The translations under genes and the position numbers were made by a program. The notes beneath the pieces were generated by a model. It saw nothing but the letters and a program-made list of their open reading frames with translations. It was not told the DNA's origin and made no database searches. A stretch of 63,792 nucleotides of DNA, counting the filler, from Reticulomyxa filosa (Eukaryota; Protista; Foraminifera), in NCBI GenBank assembly GCA_000512085.1. It is 20 parts of 20 records of this genome, joined end to end, with 100 filler letters (N's around TTAATTAATTAA, not from the genome) between each part and the next. Parts side by side here need not be neighbours in the genome. Positions count along the whole stretch, not along the records: positions 1 to 1,335 come from ASPP01022125.1; positions 1,436 to 4,087 come from ASPP01011010.1; positions 4,188 to 9,140 come from ASPP01021553.1; positions 9,241 to 11,604 come from ASPP01022881.1; positions 11,705 to 20,490 come from ASPP01006999.1; 15 more parts are not named here. One strand, given 5' to 3'. Shown here piece by piece: positions 1 to 11,721 of the stretch. Position 1 is the stretch's first letter. Each line of letters begins with the position of its first letter.

Positions 1-676
1 AGCAATACAATTCGTTTATGGGACGTTGAAACATTAAACCATTACATGTTTTCAACGGACATAAATATGCTGTTTTGTGTGTTGATATTTCACCATTACA
101 AAGCAATAATAACAATTGTAATAATAGTAAAATGAATGCTATTGGTGTGATTGGTGGAAATGGATATACAATTTGTTCCGGAGCAGATGATAACATTCGA
201 ATATGGGATATTGAAACAGCCAAACAATTGAATGTATTCAAAAAATATTGCACTCGTGTGAATAGTGTAAAATATGGATCGAATGAATTAGCGAATACAA
301 TATTATCTGGATTAAATGATAAAATTGTTCGTTTGTGGGATATTCGATCAGGTCAACAAATTCAAGTGTTTAATGGACATAAAAGTTGGGTTTTTGCTGT
401 TGAATGCTCACCACTTGTGATAAAGAATATTGACGAAGTTGTTGGTGGTAATTCGAATGTGATATGTTCTGGATCAAGTGATAATACAATTCGTTTTTGG
501 GATATTCGATCGAATAAGAATGAATTGTGTATGATCAAAGATATGAGAAAGAAGATGATGGAATATGTTGTCTTAAATTTATTGAATTGAAAAAGAAAAC
601 AGAGACAAAGGATGTCAAATATTATTTGAATTTGTGTTATGGTTCACACAATGGTCCCATACGTATTTGGGGATAA
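1..676 (+). pseudogene. WD40-repeat protein C-terminal part, frameshifted near 38 and 540 (pseudogene or sequencing error)
   Basis: Repeats DDNIRIWDI, DKIVRLWDI, GHKSWVFAV and SDNTIRFWDI. The shifted frame continues to LCYGSHNGPIRIWG* (TAA 674-676). Confidence 0.85.
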
Positions 677-923
677 GTTACTTTTTGTCAAATAAGAAAT
701 GAAAGCGTTTTTGTTTGAAAAGTTGATTAAAAGAACAAAAAAAATCTTGTTGACTATAATCACGACATTGTGTAATACAATCAATTTTCAATTTTTTTCA
801 ATTTTATCAGTCAGGCCACTTCAAAAAGGTTTGGATTTTTTTTTACTTCAAAGGCGAGCCTTTTCATATACTTCCCCCTTTTAAAAAATCTCAAGTCCTT
901 CATAGTTCCTCAACGTTAATAAC

Positions 924-1238
924 ATGAACAACCAAAACTTTCAAACTTTGAAGAATCTGCCCACTCCACTTTGTCTTTCTCGATGTGTGCTACACAAACA
1001 CGAACTCTTCATTTGTGGAGGCTATAAACAAAGGGCTTGTTATTCTTATCATATCATCAAAAACGAATACAAGTTTATATGTGATTATCCAGACGGTGTT
1101 TATTTCAATGATAACTGTATAGTAAAACTGGTAGATAAGAACAATCAAATCACTTTGTTATCTTTTGGTGGATATAAAGATACAAAATATACATTTGTGC
1201 TTTCCAAAGATTCAATAAGTCGCACAAAGTCTGATTAG
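924..1238 (+). CDS. Kelch-like beta-propeller family protein N-terminus (truncated)
   Basis: LPTPL..S.CVLHKHELFICGG...CYSYH...Y and TLLSFGG Kelch-type GG motifs. The family-like pattern stops at about 1198. Confidence 0.65.
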   Translation: MNNQNFQTLKNLPTPLCLSRCVLHKHELFICGGYKQRACYSYHIIKNEYKFICDYPDGVYFNDNCIVKLVDKNNQITLLSFGGYKDTKYTFVLSKDSISRTKSD

Positions 1239-1335
1239 CAAAGCAAATGAGTATTCAAACGAAAGGATGGCCCCATGGAGATACTGATTTTTTTCAGACA
1301 AGCGGTCACTTTGGAGTAGTTTTTTTTTTTTTTAA

Positions 1336-1435
1336 NNNNNNNNNNNNNNNNNNNNNNNNNNNNNNNNNNNNNNNNNNNNTTAATTAATTAANNNNNNNNN
1401 NNNNNNNNNNNNNNNNNNNNNNNNNNNNNNNNNNN
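1336..1435. other. Artificial contig-joining spacer (N44-TTAATTAATTAA-N44), first of 19
   Basis: Identical 100-nt block with a six-frame-stop linker also at 4088, 9141, 11605, 20491, 24340, 25899, 27280, 28587, 32182, 33322, 34634, 39763, 41031, 42363, 43931, 55394, 58169 and 61632. Confidence 0.98.
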
Positions 1436-1819
1436 AGTATTCCATTGTTCCAATGCTCTGATGAAATGACCATTGAAAGTTATTTGGAATCTCTTGAACA
1501 CTTCTATCCCGAAATCAAAAATTATGCATCCGATTCTGATCAATGGAAAATAATTTTGTCATTGTTTAATGATCCACAAGAAAGACAAAATGCAGTTCAA
1601 ATATTTGGTCAAGTGATTGTGTTATTGGTTCGTCACATCAGCAAAATTAACCTGTTTAGTTTACCACTTTTTAATTCTTTTTGTATTTATCTAACTTTTT
1701 TGTTTATTCTAAATACATTGAATAGGGATGAAATGTTGTGCAATTGGATGGAAACAATGCTTTTCGATGAAAAGGATTACAAGTTGTTCAATAAAAAGAT
1801 GGAATCAAATTGCTGGTAA
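1436..1819 (+). CDS. Hypothetical protein fragment (two exons, probable intron about 1628-1725)
   Basis: Protein-like ORF segments flank a T-rich GT...AG interval. No domain recognised. Confidence 0.3.
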   Translation, partial: SIPLFQCSDEMTIESYLESLEHFYPEIKNYASDSDQWKIILSLFNDPQERQNAVQIFGQVIVLLVRHISKINLFSLPLFNSFCIYLTFLFILNTLNRDEMLCNWMETMLFDEKDYKLFNKKMESNCW

Positions 1820-2139
1820 AACACGTTGGTGAATTGTGGCGTGCATTAAAAGACAAAAAACGGAAATATTTACCAGTAAACCTTTTTTAAATTTTGTTAA
1901 TATGTTGTTTAGCACTTAAACTAAAAATTTTGAAAATTTGTAATAAAAACGTTTCAAAAAGCTTTCAATTACAGCATTTTGATAAAATGATAATTCTCCA
2001 ATTTTGAAAGATGTTGACAAATTTGAAAGCATAGTTTTCTCTAACTATCAGCAACATTAAAAAGTCTGGTTGTTGAAAAACAATGATAATTTGGAATTTT
2101 AAGAAAGATACTGATTTAAATTTTACACAAAAAGAGGCT

Positions 2140-2355
2140 TCCTTGATTCATGATCATACAGTTCGTGTGTGATATTGAAACAATTAAACAATTGAATGTA
2201 TTCAGACAACACAAAAATCTTGTAAATCGTGTAAAATCAAATGAATTAAGAAATGAAATATTATCTGGATCGTCTGATGAAACGCTAGATCAATACTTTT
2301 GATCATTTGTAATAGGTAATATGCGTGGTTCATACAGGTCCAATTTGTATTTGAT
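2140..2355 (+). pseudogene. Degenerate WD40-family remnant
   Basis: Nucleotide similarity to 190-330 and 640-676 (gatattgaaaca..aaacaattgaatgtattca; aatgaattaag..atattatctggatc), with deletions. Confidence 0.7.
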
Positions 2356-3592
2356 AATACTATAGAATGCAAAAGAAAGTTTATACCTAAAACGGCATCT
2401 TATGAGACGATCGATTTTCTTCATGAAGAAACAATATCCAAACCTAATTTCTTTAAAAAAAATATCTACGAATTTTGTAGTTAAAATACAATTTCGGTTT
2501 TTTTATTAAATCTTTACCAGTTGTTTGAAAAATTTGAATACTTGATTAATTTTTGAAAATTTTTGAGAAAAAGTTAGCAATCGTGACTGTATCGTAACAA
2601 CGAAATGTGCTAACTTTTTTGAAACATTTTCAAAAGTTTTCCCGTAAATATTCTGCACTAATTTTTTTAAAAGAATAACAATTTCACAATGGAAACGAAC
2701 AACAAAATTTATTGAAAAATGCGTTAAAAATAAAAATCATGAATAGAGTTGAAAATACAAAAATTATGGCGAAGTAATTTTTATGTTAAAAATGTTATAT
2801 TTTGATGAAAGTTTTTTAAGCTGATTTGTTAATTTTTTTACTTTTTGATTTTTTTACATTTGCGTGTCAATTTTCGTCTTGTAATTTAAAAATTACTTGT
2901 TTGTTTGCATAATTTATCTTTGCTCAAGCTACTATCAATAATAAACGAAATAAATGTTGCTCAAAATAAAGCAAGCAAGAATTTTCAAAAGTTTTTTTTC
3001 CCCAAAATAAACATCATTTTGGTTATTATAACCATTTTAGAAATAAAAAAGAACATAAAAAATAATTTTAATAAAACCAAAATCATATTTAAAAACTACA
3101 AGATTCGTAGATATTTTAAAAAATTAAGTCTGCGTGTTTTTTTCCTGTGAAGAAAATCAATCATTTCTATAAGGTGCCATTTTGGGTGTCAATTTTCTTT
3201 TGATTCTACTGTATCTTTTTTAAATTAGTGAATTAAACGATATACAGCTGATTACAAAGACTGTTGCTTTTATTTTACTCTTTATTGAGCTTACATTTGG
3301 CTTTATGTTTACAATTTATTAACTAAGCAGAAATCCTCAACAACAGCGCTCGTGTCTGGGAATCGACTAGACTCGGATGTGAATTTGTAATGTTTTGACA
3401 AGCAAGTCCCCTTTCATCAGCAGCTGCATAATGAGGCACTTTATTTTCTTTTTGGTTTTCTCATTATTTGAAGTGTCAACATTAGGGCTGATAATCAAGC
3501 ATGATGTCAAAGATGGAGTTAAAAGCGTGTGAATATCCAGTTCAAATACGGCAAAGCCCAAAACAAAAAACACAATGACTTAAAAAAAAAAA

Positions 3593-4055
3593 TGAATGAC
3601 AGATCGAGCCATACAGCTACCAAACGTTTAGTGAAGTGGCGATGTATAACGAGCAAGAGTCCCCTTCGTCAGCGTCTCCAGGGAACGGCAATGCGTATGT
3701 GTTATTCAAATGTTAAGTGTGTGTGTGAAGACAAGGGATTGAAAAAAGGATGTTTCAAAAAAAAAGAAAAAAAGGCAAACTACACGTTTAAAAAAAAAAA
3801 AAAGTGAATGTGCACCGCGAAGAGTACGCAATAGCCTCGTCAATCGAGCTAATAGTGATACCAGACTCAAATATGGGAGACATAGGAGTGGAGTTCAAGA
3901 ATGAGTTGCACATCTGTTGCAACTTGCAAATGGTGACGGCCAAGAAATGCGACCAAGAAGACTTGGACCGATTGATCTTGAAGAAAGACGTGCCCGGTCT
4001 ATACCGCTACGAAATTGCCTTTGAAAAAGGGGAAAAAGATACAAGTATCTTAGTG
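3593..4055 (+). CDS. Hypothetical protein fragment (intron about 3695-3804)
   Basis: ATG at 3593, GTATGT donor, A-rich AG acceptor, coding-like exon 3805-4055 ending at a GTGAG donor. Confidence 0.4.
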
Positions 4056-4278
4056 GTGAGTCCATTGTCCCGACATAACATAACATANNNNNNNNNNNNN
4101 NNNNNNNNNNNNNNNNNNNNNNNNNNNNNNNTTAATTAATTAANNNNNNNNNNNNNNNNNNNNNNNNNNNNNNNNNNNNNNNNNNNNATATGTATATATG
4201 TATATATTTGATCCGAAATTAAGTAAATGTATTGATGTTGTATTGTTTCGTTTTTTTTCCTTCCTCCCCTTCCTCTCC

Positions 4279-4655
4279 CTACCCCCACGGAACAAGCGTT
4301 GGGACAACCTTTTGTCGAACAAAAGAATCCATTGGATAATAGCGAGTTTGATGACCCCAATCAGCGACTGCGAGACACAATTTGGCAAGACAAAAACGAC
4401 AGCAAAACCAATCCGCTGGACAATCCCCAAAACTATAATGTGCATGCACGAAACCGAGACGAATCGATGATTGAGGACTTGAATTCACCATCGAATTCCG
4501 GTATCACACAGACGATCTCTTCGAAATCCAATGTCAACACTAAACAAAGCACTCCAAATAAAAGCAACAACAATTACACAAGTTTCACTGATTATGATGA
4601 CTATGATGACTACGATAATTTTGGCAATTTCGATAGTACCCCGAATAATGATAAC

Positions 4656-4700
<45 letters not shown>

Positions 4701-5622
4701 AGCAATAGCAATAACAACGCAAATCAATATCCAAAACAAGAGTCTGTTTCGATGGATCGTGCTCGGCCTGCAGAATCTCCAAACAAGATAAAGAGTCCTT
4801 CAAGTAGTGTCAATCCTCGTCTCAGTATAAACGAAAACAGTGGGAAACAATATGATGACTTTTTGGCCATTGAGCCACAGGAAGATTTGGCTGCTCTGTT
4901 TGAAATGCAACAAAAAGGTTGGTTTTTGCTCGCACACAAAAACCATCCATTACACATGTGATACTCCGCAATAGAATTGTGTTTCTCTCTCTCTCTCAAT
5001 AGGAAGCAACGGCGCTAGTGGTCAACAACAAATCCAAAGGGCCGTGGATGTAAATTTCGATCAAGAAGCAGAGACGGAACGAAAACGACAATTGGTAAAG
5101 CTTCAGTCCAAAGCAGCGATCCATGGATTTAAGCCAATTCAACAAGGCCAGAAGAATTCCTCGCAGGGACAAGAACGCGGTAGTGTGGCATCCCCATCGG
5201 CGTCTTCGCCCATATCCGAGTCCAGACCAACTAGTCAGTCCGTAAGTGCCTTCACTGGAAAAGAATATGACAAGAAAACGGTCGTGGAAAAGACCAAATT
5301 TGCCAATGAGAAATTTGTGACTACTTGGAATTATTTGGGGGCGGATCGCTTGGTTCACTCGGTCGTCTTGAAACACAATATCAAAACAACGAAGCAAGGC
5401 GCAAGCAAACGCGTTGTGTTGGTTGATAATGTGGAGCGATACTCGGACAAGTCAAACGAAACCAAGTTTTGGATCAAAGCTGGCGCAGATAATTTGCTCA
5501 TCGAAATCATCCCAAATCGAGACATTGGTTTCAGATACGAATTGTCTATTAACAATGAAAAATTTGATAATATCAGAAGAGAGTTCATGATACAAAAAGC
5601 GTCCAAAATGGCTGGACATTGA
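4279..5622 (+). CDS. Asn/Ser-rich protein with a C-terminal FAIM1-like beta-sandwich domain; intron 4918-5002; 5' incomplete
   Basis: Splicing AAG|gttggt...caatag|GA joins the two ORFs in frame. The C-terminus W...VHSVVLKH...SKRVVLVD...FRYELSIN resembles FAIM (VHKIEFEHGTTSGKRVVYVDG...YEYTLEING). Confidence 0.6.
4654..4695 (+). repeat. (AAT)n microsatellite encoding poly-Asn
   Basis: Visible trinucleotide run inside the exon. A similar run lies at 63488-63532. Confidence 0.95.
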
Positions 5623-6168
5623 TATCCTTTTCTCACTGTACATACTGTGTTACTGTAATTTATCACTGTGGTGCGTACCTTTTTTTTTCTCCCCATATAC
5701 TAATTTCTCTACCGATGAGGAGTGTGAAGCACTTTTGTTTTGTGGAAAAAGCAAAATAATTTGTTGTTTTTTTTCTCTTTCTTTCTATTACTTCCTCCAA
5801 ACATTGCTAGTTAAAGCACAACACTTGGTGTGTTGCTTGGTCTTGAAAATTAACTTCAAAAATTTTCTTAAAAATGACAATTGTTTAGATTGCAAACTCT
5901 ATATTTAGGTATATGTGCTTTGATGCCCAACGTAATAGAATTCTTGATATCACAATCAGCAAATTCCGCTTTTGCTGAAGAAATTACACTGAATATATGC
6001 AAATCAATCTGGAGTAACTTACCTTATGAATACTGTAATTTCAACTGAAAAAGTGATATACAAAATAGACCAAAGTAAGTTGCTGTAAGCAAAAGCAACT
6101 TCAAAGTGTTTTTGAAAAGTTTAGCACAAGTGAGACAAATCGCCCCCAACACTCTTTTACCTGGCATA

Positions 6169-7140
6169 ATGGAACAAAAAGAAGAAGAAAAAAAAAAAGG
6201 CAAATTTATTGTGATTAGTGGCGTGACTTCTGGTATTGGAAGGGCGTTAGCAGTTGAATTTAGTAATTCTGGACATGTTGTGGCTGGCTTCGGTCGACGA
6301 CAAGAAGAAATCCAAAAACTGAAAACCGAATTAAAAATACAAAATGACTTGTTGTTTGTAAGTTTGGACATACGAGATAGTAAGGCTGTGCATGCTTGGG
6401 CCGCCAAGGCGATAGAAGCCTTTGGCGTGCCTAATTTAGTGATTCACTCCGCTGGAATCCAAGGCAAGCTCGAACCGATGGATAAGTTAGATATCGAAAT
6501 GATGAAGGAAGTATTCGACATCAATACATTTGGTTTTGTGCATTTAGTCCAAGCATTTTTGCCTGCAATGAAAAATGCAGACGGTCATGAAGGATTGTTC
6601 ATCCCAGTAACTAGCTGTTTAGTACCATATGTATACTGTTTGCGAAATGTTACAAAATATACTTTTTTTTTTTTTTTTTTTTTTAATACGTGCATACGCA
6701 AAAACGTTGATGAAAATATATGGACTGTGTGTAATGTCAAAAAAGTTCATGGGAAGAAAGCGAATGCAGAATTAAGCGCTTATTGCGGCTCCAAGTTTGC
6801 TTTAGAGGCTTTCATTCAAGCGTTAGCAGAGGAGTTGGCGGATGAGTTTGGATCGCGCTTGGGAGTAATTGGAATGGCACCAGGGTTTGTCAGCACAGAG
6901 TTGACAAGTGGAGCATTTGCAATTCAACTGTGTAACACTGATGAAAACAACCCAGTTATTCCAACTCCTCAGTCCTGGGCAAAGAGTGCAGCACCGTGGA
7001 TTCTTGGGTTGACCTCTTCACATAATGGGAAAAGCTTGGCACCCCCGGTGGAAAAAACCATTATGCAAGGATACTTTGAAAAGTTGTCGCAATGGGTCCC
7101 CGACTTAGATATCAACAACCTTGTTCATTCAAGTGAATAA
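6169..7140 (+). CDS. Short-chain dehydrogenase/reductase, similar to plant NADPH-dependent pterin aldehyde reductase; in-frame intron about 6617-6745
   Basis: Rossmann motif SGVTSGIG, HSAG, catalytic YCGSK, PGFVSTEL, and C-terminus PQSWAKSAAPWILGLTSSHNGKSL typical of this SDR subgroup. Confidence 0.85.
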   Translation: MEQKEEEKKKGKFIVISGVTSGIGRALAVEFSNSGHVVAGFGRRQEEIQKLKTELKIQNDLLFVSLDIRDSKAVHAWAAKAIEAFGVPNLVIHSAGIQGKLEPMDKLDIEMMKEVFDINTFGFVHLVQAFLPAMKNADGHEGLFIPVTSCLVPYVYCLRNVTKYTFFFFFFFNTCIRKNVDENIWTVCNVKKVHGKKANAELSAYCGSKFALEAFIQALAEELADEFGSRLGVIGMAPGFVSTELTSGAFAIQLCNTDENNPVIPTPQSWAKSAAPWILGLTSSHNGKSLAPPVEKTIMQGYFEKLSQWVPDLDINNLVHSSE

Positions 7141-7375
7141 TTTAATTTATTCACTTAGATACTATGTTCTCTTTTTTTTTTTTTTTAGTTTGCTTTTTAA
7201 GTTGGGTCTTGTCAAGTCATAAATTAAAATACTTTGATTCAATTTTTTACAGCACTAAAATGAAAGAGATGCATCAACTTCTGTCATTTATCAAACTTTC
7301 TCTTTTTTTTTTTTGTTGAGCTGATATTTTGCATGTTTGAATCAAGAAAAAACTAACATAAAGATCATTTTGCAT

Positions 7376-8880
7376 TTACTCAAAGAAACTGTTAACAGTA
7401 TGCTTATCCAAATCTTGTATTGTTGTTTTCATATGATTTGTTGCAGTGTCCCACCCTCCAAAAGCTATATTGTATGTTTTCCACGCTTCTTCACAATATT
7501 TGCGTGCAGTTTGGATATCTCCTTTTTTTCCAAATGTCTGACCTAAAGTAAAATTCATCCCAGCGATCGTAGCACTTGCTTTTCCAAGTATTTTCTTATA
7601 TATCTTCAATGAATCCTCAAAATATTTGATCGCGCTGTCGTACTGTTCATTATTTTTGCAAGCAAACCCGATTTCCCTGTACAGCTCCGCAATTTCACTA
7701 TGAGTATCCCCAAGAATATATGTTTTAATCTTCAATTCTCTTTCATAGCATTCAAACTGATCTTGATAATACCCTTTACGACCATAAGCGAATCCTAATT
7801 GACCATACGAATAAGCGATCCAGTTATCGCTGCTATTGAACACCTTTAATCTGATATCTAGTGCTTTTTTGTGATATGTAATTGCGTTCTCAAATTGTGC
7901 AAGATTATCATACGAAATTCCCAAATAGTTGTACAAATTAGCAATCCAAGGATGGTTTTCCCCAAAAATTGACAATACTATTTTTAATGATATTTTGTGG
8001 TATTGTATTGCATCATTATTTCTTTCATTCTTAACACAGCCAGCTCCTAAATTGTTATATGCGTTGGCAACATAAGGATGATTCAATCCAAAGGTATCGA
8101 TAGCAAGTTGTACTTCTTCCTTCAAACAGCCAATGGCAGCTCTAAAATTTATTTTGTCAAAATATTGTTCTGCTTTGTCTTGGAGATCTTGGAGTTCCAC
8201 TAAGATATCATGGTGAATCTTGTTGTTCCATTCAATCGGTGAAATAGATTGTCTTAGCTTTTGATCAATGATTACATTTTTGGTGACAAAAACTTGTGTT
8301 GTAATCGTTACATTTCCCTTGGATTGCATTTCACAATCAATTGAATACACATTTCCATCAATGCTCACTTCATCGAATACCACCAATTTTGTTTTGATCA
8401 TATATACCAAGTACTCCTCAATTTTTGTTTTTTCGACTTTGTTATTGCTCACCAACATAATGAAAGAATTGACATTATCACTGAGAATATTTAAATTTGA
8501 ATCTATTGATTTGGCCACAACAACTAATCCTTGTTCGCCTTTATTGATCATTTCCATCACCATTTTGACCGCCTTCACATTTGATTTTATCCAATCCACA
8601 CTCCAATGTCTTTTGAAATCGAGAGTTTCAGGAATGTTTTCCTTTGTCACCAGCATTTCTTCTTTTTTGTCATCAGTTTGCCCTTCTTTTTGTTCGGTTC
8701 TATTTTCTTTTGTTGGATATCCTATTGATTATTGGTTTGTGGCAATGTTTTAAGCAAAACGAGGCAAACTTGGCTGAAAATAGGCAATGATTTGAAGTTG
8801 ATCACTTTTCACAGCTTTTTCGACGTGCTGATCTGTTTCAATATCGTCTTTATTTGAACACATAAAAGAATCAATGCAAC
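7376..8880 (-). CDS. TPR-repeat (kinesin-light-chain-like, 42-aa) protein; upstream exon about 8772-8880
   Basis: Repeats HPYVANAYNNLG, HPWIANLYNYLG, IAYSYGQLG, HSEIAELYREIG and IAGMNFTLG. Confidence 0.9.
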
Positions 8881-11721
8881 CTTAAAAAAAGGGAAGTTAA
8901 AATTTCAATAGAAAAAACGCATTTTTGAAATTTTTTGGTAAAAATTACTGTAATTTATTTTTATAGTAATTTTAGTTGAGTCTTATTTTCTTGTACGATG
9001 TAGACCAAATTTTATTTTGAATTAAACTAAGCGTTTATTTCATAAAGTAAGTTGCAAAGAAAACTGAACGCCTAAAACATATCTTATGATGATAATTGAT
9101 TTTTCTCAATGAAAAATCAACATTTAGACCTAATTTTTTTNNNNNNNNNNNNNNNNNNNNNNNNNNNNNNNNNNNNNNNNNNNNTTAATTAATTAANNNN
9201 NNNNNNNNNNNNNNNNNNNNNNNNNNNNNNNNNNNNNNNNAATGAAAAATTGACTAGCTTAACCGCCAAATCTTGCAATTTATGCAATTGAACTTATATT
9301 TCAAGTCTTTGGTATTCAAAAATGGTACAGTTATGTGGCATTATTCTTACAAACATTTGTGTGCATTGTAATACCACTTATTTTTGCCTCATATTTTTAC
9401 AATAATTGTGATCGACAATGGGTAAATTATTGGCTATCACTGGACTTATTACAATTATTATTTAAAGTGGTATATAGACGAAAATGTGACTGTATTGAAT
9501 TGGAGTGGTTTTATTTTGTCCATTGATAATAGAAATTATGTAGTTGGTAAAAGTTTTGTTTTTGTTTATTTTCATAAATAAGAGAAGTTTATCAATTTCT
9601 GTTTAATATCGCTTGTAAATTGACAATTGGCTCTTTGACATGTTGAAATTAGCTTACCATGATGATGTGTTGAAGTTTGACTATTTTTAAAATAACAAAA
9701 TACAAAAAAAATACCGTTAGTTAAGATACAATAGAAGATGCAAGAGCAATCCAGTAATCAAAGATCTTTAAACATTGTTTTTGTTTGATAGTTGATATTT
9801 AAACGAATTGTGGAAATCTTTGAAATTTAACTGATTGAACGAGACCACATTTTTTGTATCGAAAGAATTAGCATATACCTTTGTTTCACTGAGCCCCACT
9901 AGGACGAGAAAAAACAAAACACTTGATGGTAAACAGAAGTTAGTTACATTGAAGAAAATATTACAATTGTAGCTTATCTGACAGCAATGTGCCAAATTCT
10001 TTTTGTAGAGAAACAATATTAAATTTTTGTTGGAAAAAAGGTGACAGGGAAAAGACTGAACTTTTTTGTTTTATAGTTTTGTTGTTTGCTTTTTGCATTT
10101 TTTTGAATTGATGACTTTTATTTTTTTTCGACTTTTCTTGCTTGTTATTTAAACTACAAAGCGAGTTTAGAATTTGAAAATAACTGCAAAAAAAAAGTTA
10201 AGTCGATTTTGCGTTACTAAAAAAATAAATTTAAGTTAGTAAGTTGACAAACAACAATTATTTGTTTCTAAGGAAACCTTCTTGTTAATTCATAATATTT
10301 TAAGGTGCCAAGGGTGATAAATATTGTTTTTTTTAAGACAAATTGTAAATTTTATTATTTGTTTTTTTTAGATACGAAAGACAATACTTGAATTTAAAGA
10401 AAAAAAGTCAATTATGCAATTTTTTTTTGTGTTCGTTAATTTTTTTGAATATTGTAAAAAAAAATTGAGAATTGTGGAAAAGGAATAAAGGACAAGTTCA
10501 AAAGTAAATAAATAAAAATTTCAATTGTTAACCTTTACATTATTTACGAATATATAATTGTAATTTTGTTAACTACACTAATCATCTAAATTTATATTGT
10601 AATCAATGTATAATATAATATAATTTGAATAATTGGCTGTGAAGTTGAAAGAAGGCATTCACATAGAGTTTGAGGATTGGAGCAATCCACAAGAATTAAA
10701 AGCATTTTTAAAAAATTGGGAATAGAAATGTTTAAAAAGCAATGCTGAGATCAATCTTTTGATAGGAAATATAATTGATGCAAGAAAAAAAAAAATACAC
10801 GTAAAGGGTGCATATGCCACTCATTCTTACTATTTGCGTATTCAAACGCACCAGTATTCCATGATCGCAAATACATGGACAGCATCAAACAAAGAATTCC
10901 ATGTTTCCCTGTCCCCTTTACATGTCCCATGAGAACATTCACTTTGAAGAATGTACTTTTCAAATACTAAGGACACGGGCTTGTCCTTGTCAACAAAACT
11001 TGTTGTTACAAAACAAAAAAAAGTATTGATTTCGAAAATTTGTGTTTCAGATTATTAAAATTCATCGAATTAAAGATCGTTGTTTACCATTTTTAACTTG
11101 CAATGGAAAAAGAACATCTACCACATTACACCAATTCAAAAAACAAATAAAAAAAAGTAACAACAAAACATCTTCAATGATTGGAAGATATATCATTTTG
11201 TTCTTGGACAATTTGTTGTTATTTTTTATTATTAGCTTTCACAAAAAAAAGAAAAGAAAAATTGAAAAAATGTTAATGGTAGTTATTATTTTTTGTTTTC
11301 CTCGAAGAAAAAAAAATTGTGAATTTATAATCTGGCGTTGTACAACAAATACGTCGTAAGTCGCTTGAAGCGATAATACATAGGTTAGACAAAAAAAATA
11401 AAGAACGATCGAAAGATAGAATTTCTGGCAGTCTGCTCGTGCATACTTGAAAATATGTCATACCATAATATCAACTTAAAATTCAATCAAATAGTACAAC
11501 GGCAATCGTTAACCGATTTACAATGTAAGCTTCATAATATAAAAAAATATTGCAAAGATTAGAAAAAAAAGGAATAAAATTTATTTTTAATTTTATCTTT
11601 AATANNNNNNNNNNNNNNNNNNNNNNNNNNNNNNNNNNNNNNNNNNNNTTAATTAATTAANNNNNNNNNNNNNNNNNNNNNNNNNNNNNNNNNNNNNNNN
11701 NNNNTAAAAAAAAAAAAAAAG

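Noticed and set aside
1380-1391. TTAATTAATTAA repeated 19 times within N blocks (array-like or CRISPR-like)
   Set aside because: Artificial six-frame-stop linker used to join contigs. ORFs ending in X...LIN are artefacts.
9241-9530. Short hydrophobic ORF (CIVIPLIFASYFYNNCDRQW)
   Set aside because: Possible decayed membrane-protein exon, but too short and disrupted to assign.
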